Shown piece after piece: positions 26,935 through 35,661 of a stretch of DNA of 61,934 nucleotides. The notes below the pieces were generated by a model. It was not told where the DNA came from and ran no database searches. It was given only the letters and a program-made list of their open reading frames with translations. Position 1 is the first letter of the stretch. The number at the start of each line of letters is the position of its first letter. Both the position numbers and the translations under genes were made by a program. The stretch comes from an uncultured Christensenellaceae bacterium (GTDB taxonomy: Bacteria > Bacillota > Clostridia > Christensenellales > UBA3700). The DNA is taken from positions 1 to 61,934 of the forward strand of contig CALWKR010000055.1 in NCBI GenBank assembly GCA_944381315.1. The letters are read 5' to 3'.

Positions 26935-29900
26935 ATGAAACGTAAAGTATCGGTCGTCTTGGCATTGGTACTCGTGCTGTGCATGATATGTTCGATGCTT
27001 GCGTTCGTTGCTTGCGACGACGAGTGCACCAATCACGTCGACGCCAACAACGACGGCAAGTGCGACAATTGCGGCGCGGACATGCCCGAGACCCCGTGCA
27101 CCGAGCATGTCGACGCCGACAACGACGGCAAGTGCGACAACTGCGGCGCGGATATGCCCGAGACTCCGTGCGCCGAGCACGTTGACGCGAACGACGACGG
27201 CAAGTGCGACAATTGCGGCGCGGCGATCGAAGGCTGGACATGCACCAACCATGTCGACGACGACAATGACGGCAAGTGCGACAAGTGCGGCGCTTCGATG
27301 ACGCATACTCACGTCGATCTCAATGACGACGGCAAGTGCGACGAGTGCGGCATCTGCGTCAATCACCGCGACACGGACGGCGACGGCAAATGCGACAATT
27401 GCGATATGTGCTTGACGCACAAGGATGCCGACAACGACGGCAAGTGCGACAATTGCGGCGCGAGAGTCGTCACCAACTATACCGCGGCAGGCGGCATGGA
27501 TAGGATCATCGAGAAGTTGACCGCTCAGTACGGCGACTTGGCGGGATCCTATGTCTTTGGCGTCAACTTTGAGAGCAGCATTGCGAGAAAGGACGGAGAC
27601 CTGTCCGAGGACTATGTGCTCAGAGGCAAGGCGAGCATAGATCTTTCGACCGCTGCGGCGGAGGACAAGGACAGCGCGGTTTGGCTTGAACTCGTCAAGA
27701 AGACCGCCGACGGCGAAGAGGTCATCTTCGGAGCGGCGCTCGAGATGACGGACGGCGAGCCCTATCTCTATGCCAATGCGCTCGACGGCGGCTATGTCAA
27801 GATCAATGCCGTTTCCATCTATGACCTCGCGGTCTTGACCGGCGCGACTCAAGCTCCCGTCAGCCTCGCGGACGACGGCATGGACATCGGCGGCATCATC
27901 GAGTCGGCGATCTGGGGCATCTTGATCGACGGCAACGTCAGCTACAACAGCGTCACCAATGCCTACACGTTCGATATGTCCGTAGGCAACGCGGTCGACG
28001 CAGTCGCGGAGCTGCTCGGCTTGATCGACATCGGTCAGCTGATCGGCATAGACACTTCCGAGATCGTCGGACTCGTGACTTCGATCTTCGGCGACCTCAC
28101 CTATGAGGAGAACGGCGAGATGGTCAACGCGACCGACCTTGCCGGCGTGCTCAAATGGGTCAGCGCCCAATACGGCGTCTATGGCGGCACCGCATCTATC
28201 GTCTTTGACGCAAACAACAACTATGAGTCTGCGACCGCAAGCTTCAACGACGGCGCGGACGCTAGCCTCGACATCGACCTCGGCACGCTCAAGATCGGCG
28301 TGAGCGAGATCCCCGTAATGGATACCTTCCCGCTCTCCGAAGCTCAAAGATCCGAGATGAGCGCGATCAACCTGCTCAACTTCTCGCTCACCGGCAATGC
28401 TGTCGGCAGAGACGCAGAGGGCGTCGGGCACAATTGGTACAACATCAAGGTAGAGGCGGATATCGACCCGTTTGTGCTCATTGATCTGATCAATGGTACG
28501 GATGCGGCGAGCATTGCCAATATCGTCAAGGATCTCGGCTATTTGAGAGTCACCGTCGATGAAGTGGACGCCGAAGGCGCGCATATCTCCAACATCATCA
28601 CGATCTTCGCGGATCTCGACGGCAGCGACAACCCGATCTTGATCAACCTCAACGCTTATGACATCATGGGCATGATCAAAGCCAATCTCGGCGGCGTGTA
28701 CGACGTCGACGGTCTCATCGATATGATCATGGATCTCACCGCGGGCAGCGGCGAGGGCAGCGGTGAAGGCAGCGGCGAAGGCTCCGGCGAGGGTAGCGGC
28801 GAAGGCTCCGGCGAGGGTGGCGGCGAAGGCTCCGGCGAGGGTACCGAAGAGGGCGGCATCGACGTTATCGCTCTGATAAAAGAGATCTTCACGGCGGTCG
28901 AGACCGAGAACATAAGCGAGAGAGGCGTCACCATCGACGTCAACAAGCTCGGTGATGTGATCTGCAACGCGTTGAACATCAATATGGAGATCATGGGCCT
29001 TAATATCGTCGATGTTCTCAAAGGAGATCTGTTGAACGGCGAAACCAGCCCCTTCCTCAACATCAAGCTCGACACCCCGGTGTACGGACATTGCGACAAG
29101 ACCTTCCAATACAATGACGTCGAAGCAGGTTACAAAGAAGGACTCAACGGCTACTTCGCGGAGGCGTCTATCGTTGGCTTGCCCGAATCGGTCGAAGAAG
29201 GCTTCTATGACAGCATCGCTGCATCCGCTATCAGCGACGGAGAGGTGGAGATCACGGGCAAGGACTTCAACGGCAACGAGATCTCTGCGTCCGCATATGT
29301 CCTCAAACAGAACTACACGACCGTCGGAAATACGATCGAAGTCGAATATGTTGTGTCGGTGATCTCCGATCTGCCGGGCAACAACATACTGGGCATGGCT
29401 CTTGGCGATACGATCGACCTCAAGACTCTTCCTCTCAGCGGCGTGTTCACCGTTAGCGGCAGTGTGGGCATCATCCCCTATGACGGATCGGCGACTGTCG
29501 ATACGGAAGTCGTGGTCAGCTATGGCGACGTTCCCGAGATCGTGAACGATGTCAAGGTCACATACGGCTTGCCGAGCGACAAGGGAATCTATGCGACGAT
29601 CGCGACGAGATCGAGCAACTCCATTCGCGTCACCATCACGTCGGGCGAGCAGGAGAGACAATATACTCTCAAAAAAGATTCGCTCAAGATCTATGACGCC
29701 GAAGGCAATGACGTTACGGCGCAAGTCTATGACGTTGAAGCAGACAGGATCACCGTCGCCGGCAAGTATACTGCAGGATACGAGATCGGCAAATACAAGG
29801 TCAAACTTGCAGATGTAGAGGTCGATACTTACGAATACGTCCGTGTCGACGGAGCAGCCGATCAAACCGAGATCGACATCAATGGCGGCGTGCTCTACAA

Positions 29901-30837
29901 TGACTACAAGATCATTGAGAAAACCGCAGAGGGCGAGACCAACGAGTGCGCTATCGTGACGAAAGAGGTCGACGGAGATCTGAGTGCAGAAGACGTTGCC
30001 GATTTTGTCGTGACCACCAAGGACCTCAACAACGTCGGCGCGACGGTCAACCTCAAGATCACATTCACGACGACCAAACACGGCGAAGCATACGTCAATA
30101 CGCCCGATGTGACCGTGGTAAGTGACAAGTGGGCGGAAGTCGGCAACATATTGCTTGGACAGAGCGTCAGCGAAGTTGTGACCATCCACGAGAACGTGTA
30201 TTCGTACAACCTCAAATACGACGCAGAGAAGGGCTTCATCCTTGTCGACTCCGAGGGCAATGAATATGCGACCCAGACTTACACCGTCACCATGACGTGG
30301 GAAGACACCGAAGACAAGGCAGCGCTCACATTCAACGAGTTTGGTCAAGTCACCAACATCCCTGTCGGCAGCACAAGTTCGCTTGGCAAGTACGACGCAG
30401 TGTTCAACATCACGTTCGCAGACGGATTCTTCTATCAGAAGACGGTCGACGTCAGCGGTGTGTACATGGCTACCACGGCGAGAAATGTCGCAGCAGGCGA
30501 GCAGCTTACGATCGGGTCCATAGTCGGCGGCTCGACAAGCTCCTCGTTGTATCCCAATACTCTCGAGAAGTGGTATGCGTACAACGAGGAAGGCAGAGCT
30601 ACGCTTGAATTGGCGTATGTCGACAACAACAAGTTCGAGCTCCGCTTTGCCGGTACCGAAGACGTGTTCGCAACCATCGAAATGACGATCGAGAATGCAG
30701 ACGGCGAGGCGTACACCCTGACGGATGGTGCGTTTGCGGCTGCAGGCACCTACACGATCACCAACTTCAAGGTCACAGTGCTCGGCGTTGAGCACAACGT
30801 GACGAGAAGCCAAGGCTACAAGGTAAACGTGGCCTGA
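26935..30837 (+). CDS. Giant acidic lipoprotein (1300 aa) with N-terminal Cys-containing calcium-loop-like repeats, a GSGEG linker and a beta-rich C-terminal half
   Basis: AAGGAGG SD at 26922-26928. Signal plus lipobox MKRKVSVVLALVLVLCMICSMLAFVAC. Seven C..H.D.N.DGKCD.CG repeats. No recognisable catalytic domain. Confidence 0.85.
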   Translation: MKRKVSVVLALVLVLCMICSMLAFVACDDECTNHVDANNDGKCDNCGADMPETPCTEHVDADNDGKCDNCGADMPETPCAEHVDANDDGKCDNCGAAIEGWTCTNHVDDDNDGKCDKCGASMTHTHVDLNDDGKCDECGICVNHRDTDGDGKCDNCDMCLTHKDADNDGKCDNCGARVVTNYTAAGGMDRIIEKLTAQYGDLAGSYVFGVNFESSIARKDGDLSEDYVLRGKASIDLSTAAAEDKDSAVWLELVKKTADGEEVIFGAALEMTDGEPYLYANALDGGYVKINAVSIYDLAVLTGATQAPVSLADDGMDIGGIIESAIWGILIDGNVSYNSVTNAYTFDMSVGNAVDAVAELLGLIDIGQLIGIDTSEIVGLVTSIFGDLTYEENGEMVNATDLAGVLKWVSAQYGVYGGTASIVFDANNNYESATASFNDGADASLDIDLGTLKIGVSEIPVMDTFPLSEAQRSEMSAINLLNFSLTGNAVGRDAEGVGHNWYNIKVEADIDPFVLIDLINGTDAASIANIVKDLGYLRVTVDEVDAEGAHISNIITIFADLDGSDNPILINLNAYDIMGMIKANLGGVYDVDGLIDMIMDLTAGSGEGSGEGSGEGSGEGSGEGSGEGGGEGSGEGTEEGGIDVIALIKEIFTAVETENISERGVTIDVNKLGDVICNALNINMEIMGLNIVDVLKGDLLNGETSPFLNIKLDTPVYGHCDKTFQYNDVEAGYKEGLNGYFAEASIVGLPESVEEGFYDSIAASAISDGEVEITGKDFNGNEISASAYVLKQNYTTVGNTIEVEYVVSVISDLPGNNILGMALGDTIDLKTLPLSGVFTVSGSVGIIPYDGSATVDTEVVVSYGDVPEIVNDVKVTYGLPSDKGIYATIATRSSNSIRVTITSGEQERQYTLKKDSLKIYDAEGNDVTAQVYDVEADRITVAGKYTAGYEIGKYKVKLADVEVDTYEYVRVDGAADQTEIDINGGVLYNDYKIIEKTAEGETNECAIVTKEVDGDLSAEDVADFVVTTKDLNNVGATVNLKITFTTTKHGEAYVNTPDVTVVSDKWAEVGNILLGQSVSEVVTIHENVYSYNLKYDAEKGFILVDSEGNEYATQTYTVTMTWEDTEDKAALTFNEFGQVTNIPVGSTSSLGKYDAVFNITFADGFFYQKTVDVSGVYMATTARNVAAGEQLTIGSIVGGSTSSSLYPNTLEKWYAYNEEGRATLELAYVDNNKFELRFAGTEDVFATIEMTIENADGEAYTLTDGAFAAAGTYTITNFKVTVLGVEHNVTRSQGYKVNVA
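27025..27472 (+). repeat. Coding tandem repeats (7 copies, 15-24 codons) of C(T/A)xHVDxNxDGKCDxCG
   Basis: CTNHVDANNDGKCDNCGADMPETP, CTEHVDADNDGKCDNCGADMPETP, CAEHVDANDDGKCDNCGAAIEGWT, and so on. They resemble thrombospondin type-3 / DxDxDG calcium loops. Confidence 0.85.
28744..28842 (+). repeat. Coding 15-bp microsatellite-like repeat, (GSGEG) about 6.5 copies
   Basis: GGCAGCGGCGAGGGC-type units translating to GSGEGSGEGSGEGSGEGSGEGSGEGGGEGSGEG. Confidence 0.95.
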
Positions 30838-30849
30838 CAGACACAAATA

Positions 30850-31141
30850 ACCCTCATAAAGATCTACCCGAAAAGGTATATCTTTCCATCTCCTCCACTC
30901 CGCGCCTTAGGGCGCGGGGCTGAGGGGAAAACAAGCGGATCATGCGCCCGAGGCAACCGTGTACTTCTCCGAGGAAGGGCGTTCGAGATATCGGAGTGAT
31001 CCGAAATGATCGATGCGGGCGACGCTCGCCCGCATCGGTCGACATCGATCGGACTGTTCTGTCGCTGCAAAGCGACTTCCCTACCATACCTTATCATACA
31101 ACGCATAGGGCGGAGCAATAGCTTCGTCCTATGTGTTTTTT
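30850..31141 (+). ncRNA. Candidate structured RNA or structured 3' UTR, unknown family
   Basis: Hairpins: CCGCGCC-TTAG-GGCGCGG (30900-30917); a perfect 12-bp stem CGATGCGGGCGA-CGC-TCGCCCGCATCG (31011-31037); GTCGCT-GCAA-AGCGAC (31061-31076); and a terminal terminator. No convincing ORF. Confidence 0.3.
31104..31141 (+). terminator. Rho-independent terminator (+ strand)
   Basis: 13-bp stem CATAGGGCGGAGC-AATA-GCTTCGTCCTATG (two G-U pairs) followed by TGTTTTTT. Confidence 0.8.
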
Positions 31142-31142
31142 G

Positions 31143-31170
31143 CAAAAAATGAGCGCCGCTCGGGGCGCTC
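31143..31170 (-). terminator. Rho-independent terminator of the helicase-loader operon (- strand)
   Basis: Minus strand GAGCGCC-CCGAGC-GGCGCTC followed by ATTTTTTG, 15 nt after the dnaI-like stop. Confidence 0.8.
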
Positions 31171-31184
31171 GCATTCGCTGTTGT

Positions 31185-32132
31185 TCAGCGCGTTGATCTG
31201 AGTCTGAGATCGTCGCCGCTTAGGATAAAGGCGAGGGAATAGGACTTGTTGAGCATGCGCGACACGACGCGCTCGCCGTATCTGCGCATCAAGTCCTCGG
31301 CGCCGAGATTGGTCGTCACCATCGTGCGCTTGCCGTGCGAGATGCGCGACTCGATGATGTTGTAAAGATATTCGCGCGTGACGTTTTTGAGCACGGTCTC
31401 GGTGCCGAGATCGTCTATGACGAGGAAGTCCGACTCGAGCAACGGCTCCATGATCGCGGCGCGCTTTTCGAGCGGAGAGGTGTGATATTTCAGCAAAGCG
31501 TTGTTGAAGTCGAACGCGGACAAAAAGCATACCGACACGCCGCGGTCGAGCAGCTCGTTGGCGACGGCGCCGGCGAGCGAGGTCTTGCCCACGCCCGGCT
31601 GCCCGCACAGCAAAATAAAGCGCGTGCGCGCGGTGCGGAAGTCGTCGCAGAATTTGCGCATTATCCGATAGAGCTTGGCGAGGGCAGCGCTTTGCGAGCA
31701 TCCGAGCTCCGCAGACTTGTCGTCGCCGAAACGGAACTGAGGGATATGTTCCGCCCCGCACTCCTTGCGCAACAGCGCGCAGAACTCGTCCGCGACGCAA
31801 GAGCAGGGGTTGCCGTATTGGTCAAAGCCTTGGTCGCGGCACTTGTCGCAGCGGTAGTGGACCGCCAAGTCCAAGCCTTGTTCGCGGACTATCTTTTGGT
31901 AATCGCGGTCGGCTTTTTGGGCATATGTTTTGAGTTTTTCGGCGTCGGGGAGCCCGAGAGCCTGCGCCTTCGCGCTCTCTATCATCGCCGCGCTCCGAGC
32001 TTGCTCCGCATTGCGGAAGCGCTCGTCTTTGCGCGCGGCGACAAGACGGGCGCGCGCGTCCGCTTCTTCATCCGAACGCAGCTCGCGCAGTCCCGACTTC
32101 ATCATTGCCACAACTCTGTCGCGCGCAGTCAT
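31185..32132 (-). CDS. dnaI: DnaI/DnaC-family helicase loader ATPase with an N-terminal Cys cluster
   Basis: 315 aa. Walker A GQPGVGKTS, Walker B LVIDDLG, and CDKCRDQGFDQYGNPCSC upstream. ATG lies 1 nt after the upstream gene's TGA (TGAGATG). Confidence 0.8.
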   Translation of the reverse strand: MTARDRVVAMMKSGLRELRSDEEADARARLVAARKDERFRNAEQARSAAMIESAKAQALGLPDAEKLKTYAQKADRDYQKIVREQGLDLAVHYRCDKCRDQGFDQYGNPCSCVADEFCALLRKECGAEHIPQFRFGDDKSAELGCSQSAALAKLYRIMRKFCDDFRTARTRFILLCGQPGVGKTSLAGAVANELLDRGVSVCFLSAFDFNNALLKYHTSPLEKRAAIMEPLLESDFLVIDDLGTETVLKNVTREYLYNIIESRISHGKRTMVTTNLGAEDLMRRYGERVVSRMLNKSYSLAFILSGDDLRLRSTR

Positions 32133-32133
32133 C

Positions 32134-33579
32134 TCACACCTCCGAATCGTTGAAGCTGTTCAGATCCCCGAAGAAGGAATTGAGCTCTTCTTTGGAATAT
32201 TTGTGTTCCATCTCCGCGCCTTGGACGGGAGCCGACTTTGCTCCGCTCGGAGCGGACGCTATCGCCGCGTCCACGCCGCGCGCGTCAAAGATCTTGCGGT
32301 CGCGGCAGTCGGCAAGCGCCTTGGCTATCTGCCCGAACGCGAGCGGTCTGCCGACAAAGCGCTTCGCCGCCGCGACGATCGCGTCGTGACCGAAGCCCCA
32401 TTCTTGCCACAGAGAGTACGAGTCGCGGTCTGAAGCCGTCACGTTGCGCGAGCTGCCGCTCGCTTCGATGACCTGCTTGACGAGCTTGTCTCTCTCGACG
32501 AGAGAGGCGAGATATTCGTTTATGCTGCGCACGTTGAGGCAGCCTTGCTTGGCGAACCTCGCAGTCGCGGCGTTCATCCCGGCGAGGGTGCGCACTCCCG
32601 TCGAGAAGCAATACTCCGCGATCTGGATCAGCGCGTCGCGGTCAAAGCCCTGCGCCGTCCACGCACTGATGTAGTGCGAGATCACGGTGTCGAGATTTTC
32701 GTACCTTACGCCGATGATGCGCGTGACCTCCTTGGCGAGATCGTACAGCTCGCGCTTGCGCTCCGCATAGTCGGTGATCTCTTGCGGATCGAGGCGGTTG
32801 TTGACAAAGAGCTCGTTGAGCAAAGAGTCGAGACGCTCCATGCCGCCGCGCTTTTTGCACAGCTTCGCCGCGGTGAGGACGGCTTGGTCCGAAAAGCCCC
32901 AGCTGCTCGTCCACTTGACATAGAGCTGTCTGTCGTCGAGATCGATCGCCGAGCGCTTGCCCAATTCTTTGGCGATAGCGCGCAGACTGCCCGTCGACGC
33001 TTCTTCGAGCTCGATGTGCTTTTCGACGTCCGCGACGCTCCTTATCCCGAGCGCGAACCATGAACGCGCGACCGTCAGCACATAGTTGGGTCTGATGTCG
33101 TCGCCCTTGATGCGTACGCAATAGGCGGCGATCAAAAGCAGCGCGTCCTGCGGCAGATGCGTCTCGTCGAGGAATTCGTAATATTTGAGATATTCGCTCT
33201 GCAACAGCATCCTGTCTTGGAAGATGCGCTGCAATTGCGTGTTGAAGTCGGTGAACTTGCCGACCTTGTATGTCTTGGACGACTGAGACAAGCGGTTGTA
33301 GCGCACTTCGAGCGGATCTTGCGACACGATCGTCACGAGCCCTTGGTCGCGCCAATACGCGAATGAGTCGGCGACTTGGGCGGCGGTCATGTCCAGCACG
33401 TTGCAAAAATGCTCGAGAGTGTTGTCGTATTGGGCAGAAGAGGAGCAAAGATGCAAGCCGAGCAGATAGACCTTGATCTTGTCGCCGTCGGCTTCGGGCA
33501 TATATTCGCGGATAAAGCGGTTGTCGACCGAGGTGAAACCTTCGCCTGCGGCGTCCTGCGCCATTTTGCACAATGCCAT
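32134..33579 (-). CDS. Replication initiation/membrane attachment protein (Firmicutes DnaB-type, repeated DnaD-like domains)
   Basis: 481 aa. N-terminal winged-helix-like region plus repeated WGF...I..A motifs (SSWGFSDQAVLTAA, QEWGFGHDAIVAAA). Gene order matches dnaB-dnaI of Bacillus. Confidence 0.75.
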   Translation of the reverse strand: MALCKMAQDAAGEGFTSVDNRFIREYMPEADGDKIKVYLLGLHLCSSSAQYDNTLEHFCNVLDMTAAQVADSFAYWRDQGLVTIVSQDPLEVRYNRLSQSSKTYKVGKFTDFNTQLQRIFQDRMLLQSEYLKYYEFLDETHLPQDALLLIAAYCVRIKGDDIRPNYVLTVARSWFALGIRSVADVEKHIELEEASTGSLRAIAKELGKRSAIDLDDRQLYVKWTSSWGFSDQAVLTAAKLCKKRGGMERLDSLLNELFVNNRLDPQEITDYAERKRELYDLAKEVTRIIGVRYENLDTVISHYISAWTAQGFDRDALIQIAEYCFSTGVRTLAGMNAATARFAKQGCLNVRSINEYLASLVERDKLVKQVIEASGSSRNVTASDRDSYSLWQEWGFGHDAIVAAAKRFVGRPLAFGQIAKALADCRDRKIFDARGVDAAIASAPSGAKSAPVQGAEMEHKYSKEELNSFFGDLNSFNDSEV

Positions 33580-33596
33580 TTTTCGCTCCGTTAATG

Positions 33597-33625
33597 TTGA
33601 AAAATTCCGCGCCGTGCTGTATAAT
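33597..33625 (+). promoter_or_regulatory. Promoter for the small lipoprotein gene
   Basis: TTGAAA (33597-33602), 17-nt spacer, TATAAT (33620-33625). Confidence 0.6.
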
Positions 33626-33697
33626 GAACGTGCGGTAGAATAATAATATCACAATCGACGCGGTATTGCAACCGCGAGGACAAAAAGGCAAAATTTT

Positions 33698-34144
33698 ATG
33701 GATCTCAAAAAAATCGTTGCGCTCGCGCTCGTCGCGGCGCTCGCAGCAGGCTGTCTCTCCCTCGTTGCGTGCTCTTCCGAAAAGGGCGCGTGGGACGTGC
33801 TCGGCGTAGACAAGGACGACATAACGGACGTCACGATCGTGTCGAGCGCAGGCGTGCTCCGACGCCTCGACGCCGCCGAGAGGGCGGACTTCATCGCCGA
33901 GTTCGACGCGCTGCAAGTCTCCGCATACGAGGGCTTGCCCGATCCGCACTACGTCTGGGCGATCAGAGTGACGCTGGACGGCGAGGACGGGCGGTTCGAA
34001 TACAAATTGGACGGTCAGCTGACGTGGCAGGACGGCATGGACGGCGGCTGCGTCCCCGGCTATTACCGCTTTGCGGAAGAGGACGGCGCACGGCTCGCCG
34101 AGACGATGAGGCAGCTGTTCTACAAATTCAGAATTGCTCGATGA
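33698..34144 (+). CDS. Small lipoprotein of unknown function
   Basis: 148 aa with signal plus lipobox LAAGCLSLVAC. No recognisable domain. Confidence 0.7.
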   Translation: MDLKKIVALALVAALAAGCLSLVACSSEKGAWDVLGVDKDDITDVTIVSSAGVLRRLDAAERADFIAEFDALQVSAYEGLPDPHYVWAIRVTLDGEDGRFEYKLDGQLTWQDGMDGGCVPGYYRFAEEDGARLAETMRQLFYKFRIAR

Positions 34145-34379
34145 CGAGCATGGAGTGACCGAGGGCGTCGACGAAGTCGTCGGGCTTGAAACGCACAATG
34201 TTGAATTCGCGGAACCGCGAGTAGTGCAACGGCAGCAATATCGGCGTCGAGCAGTCGAGGATCTTGCAGACCTCCGCCACGCTCGCGCAAAACGCAGAGT
34301 ATGTCTTCGCCGAACCGTCGGAATAGACCGTGTCGGCGAAGATCTTGTCTTCGTCCAAGAGTTTTGCCCAAATCTTCAT
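34128..34379 (-). CDS. Small hypothetical protein (83 aa)
   Basis: MKIWAKLLDEDKIF...; compact, non-biased composition. Converges on and overlaps the lipoprotein gene by 17 nt. Weak SD. Confidence 0.5.
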   Translation of the reverse strand: MKIWAKLLDEDKIFADTVYSDGSAKTYSAFCASVAEVCKILDCSTPILLPLHYSRFREFNIVRFKPDDFVDALGHSMLVIEQF

Positions 34380-34444
34380 ACATCCATTTTAATGACGGAC
34401 GGGCGCGCTGTCAACAAATTGGGCTCGCAATGTGGGCGAAAGCA

Positions 34445-34473
34445 TTGACAAACATCGCCGCATTTAATAAAAT
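34445..34473 (+). promoter_or_regulatory. Promoter for rex
   Basis: TTGACA (34445-34450), 17-nt spacer, TAAAAT (34468-34473). Confidence 0.65.
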
Positions 34474-34528
34474 ATTATCTATAAAAGAAGCGGCGCTCCG
34501 CCGCGTTTCCTAAAAAGGGAGGGAGCAT

Positions 34529-35167
34529 ATGAGCACCAAGGTAATTTCAGAAGCCGTTATCAAAAGACTGCCGAGATATTACCGTTATCTGGAACATCTC
34601 GAGCAAGAGGGCGTCTCCAAAGTCTCGTCGGGCACTCTTGCGGGGATGCTCGGTGTCACCGCGTCGCAGGTCAGACAGGACTTCTGCAATTTCGGCGGCT
34701 TCGGCCAGCACGGCTACGGCTATGACGTACCCTATCTCAGGCGCAAGCTCGCCGAGATCCTCGGGCTGGACAGACAATACGATATGATCATCATCGGCGC
34801 AGGCAACATCGGCAGAGCCCTCGCCGGATACAAGAATTTCGCCGCAGAGGGATTCAAGGTCCGCGCGCTCTTTGACATCGACGTCAAGGATCGCGAGATC
34901 GGCGGCATCCCCGTCCTCGGCGTGGACAAGCTCGCCGATTGGGTCAAGGAGCACGGCTGCGACATCGCCGTCATAGCCACCCAAAAGTCAGTCGCGTCCG
35001 ACGCCGCGCATCAGCTCGTCGCGCTCGGAGTCAAGAGTTTGTGGAACTTTGCTCCGATCGATCTCGAGGTCCCCGACGACGTGTCGGTCGAGAACATCGC
35101 TATGAGCGAGAGCCTCTATGTGCTCTCGTACAGGATGAAGACCAAGCGCGAAGAACAAAGCAAATAA
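34529..35167 (+). CDS. rex: Redox-sensing transcriptional repressor Rex
   Basis: 212 aa with IKRLPRYYRYL...ASQVRQDF..FG..G.GY and the Rossmann motif IIGAGNIGRAL. Confidence 0.95.
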   Translation: MSTKVISEAVIKRLPRYYRYLEHLEQEGVSKVSSGTLAGMLGVTASQVRQDFCNFGGFGQHGYGYDVPYLRRKLAEILGLDRQYDMIIIGAGNIGRALAGYKNFAAEGFKVRALFDIDVKDREIGGIPVLGVDKLADWVKEHGCDIAVIATQKSVASDAAHQLVALGVKSLWNFAPIDLEVPDDVSVENIAMSESLYVLSYRMKTKREEQSK

Positions 35168-35199
35168 GTCAATCGCCCCAACGGGGCATCGGAGGTAAT

Positions 35200-35661
35200 A
35201 TGGCAAAAGATTTCGTGTTGACGCAAGAGGGGTATGACAGGCTCAAAGAGCAGCTCGACTATCTCAAAAACGTCAGAAGAAAGGAAGCGTCCGAGAGGAT
35301 CAAGCAGGCTCGCGAGCTCGGCGACTTGTCCGAGAATGCGGAATATGATTCCGCAAAAGAGGAGCAGGGCATCATCGAGGCGGACATCAAGCGCATAGAG
35401 AGCGAGCTCGAGCGCGCAGTCATCATCGAGGACGCCAAGACGTCCAACAAGGTCACTCTCGGCTGCACGGTCAAGATCAGAGACGACGAGGGCGAAGAGA
35501 CGTTCCAGATCGTCGGCAACGCAGAGGCAGACATCAAGAAGAACAAGATCAGCAATACCAGCCCTCTCGCCGAAGCTATTCTCGGCAAGAAGAAGGGCGA
35601 TACCGCCATCGTCGCGGCAGTCGAGCCGTACGAGGTCACCATTCTGGACATCAGCAAGTAA
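35200..35661 (+). CDS. greA: Transcription elongation factor GreA
   Basis: 153 aa with [17 protein letters not shown]...[19 protein letters not shown] follows GGAGG. Confidence 0.96.
   Translation: MAKDFVLTQEGYDRLKEQLDYLKNVRRKEASERIKQARELGDLSENAEYDSAKEEQGIIEADIKRIESELERAVIIEDAKTSNKVTLGCTVKIRDDEGEETFQIVGNAEADIKKNKISNTSPLAEAILGKKKGDTAIVAAVEPYEVTILDISK

Noticed and set aside
26743-30846. 1367-aa minus-strand ORF mirroring the giant lipoprotein gene
   Set aside because: The + strand frame has an AAGGAGG SD, a lipoprotein signal and regular protein repeats. The minus-strand frame has no start context and an Arg/Asp/Val/His-biased composition typical of antisense frames.
30850-31141. Assigning the structured segment to RNase P, SRP/4.5S, tmRNA, 6S, the c-di-AMP/c-di-GMP riboswitches, or a second cobalamin riboswitch
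   Set aside because: The diagnostic cores are absent on both strands: GAGGAAAGUCC (P4), GGAAGCAGCC (domain IV), a 3' ...CCACCA tRNA-like end, a long closing stem with a central bubble, and the B12 box. It is left as unknown.
31185-33579. The DnaD-domain protein plus DnaC/DnaI-like ATPase as a prophage or plasmid replication module
   Set aside because: There are no integrase, repressor, structural or other phage genes on either side. The gene order and domain layout fit the chromosomal Firmicutes dnaB-dnaI pair. The call remains tentative without a search.
34445-34528. A Rex operator (TTGTGAA-N6-TTCACAA-like) upstream of rex for autoregulation
   Set aside because: No inverted repeat of that type was seen between the promoter and the start codon.
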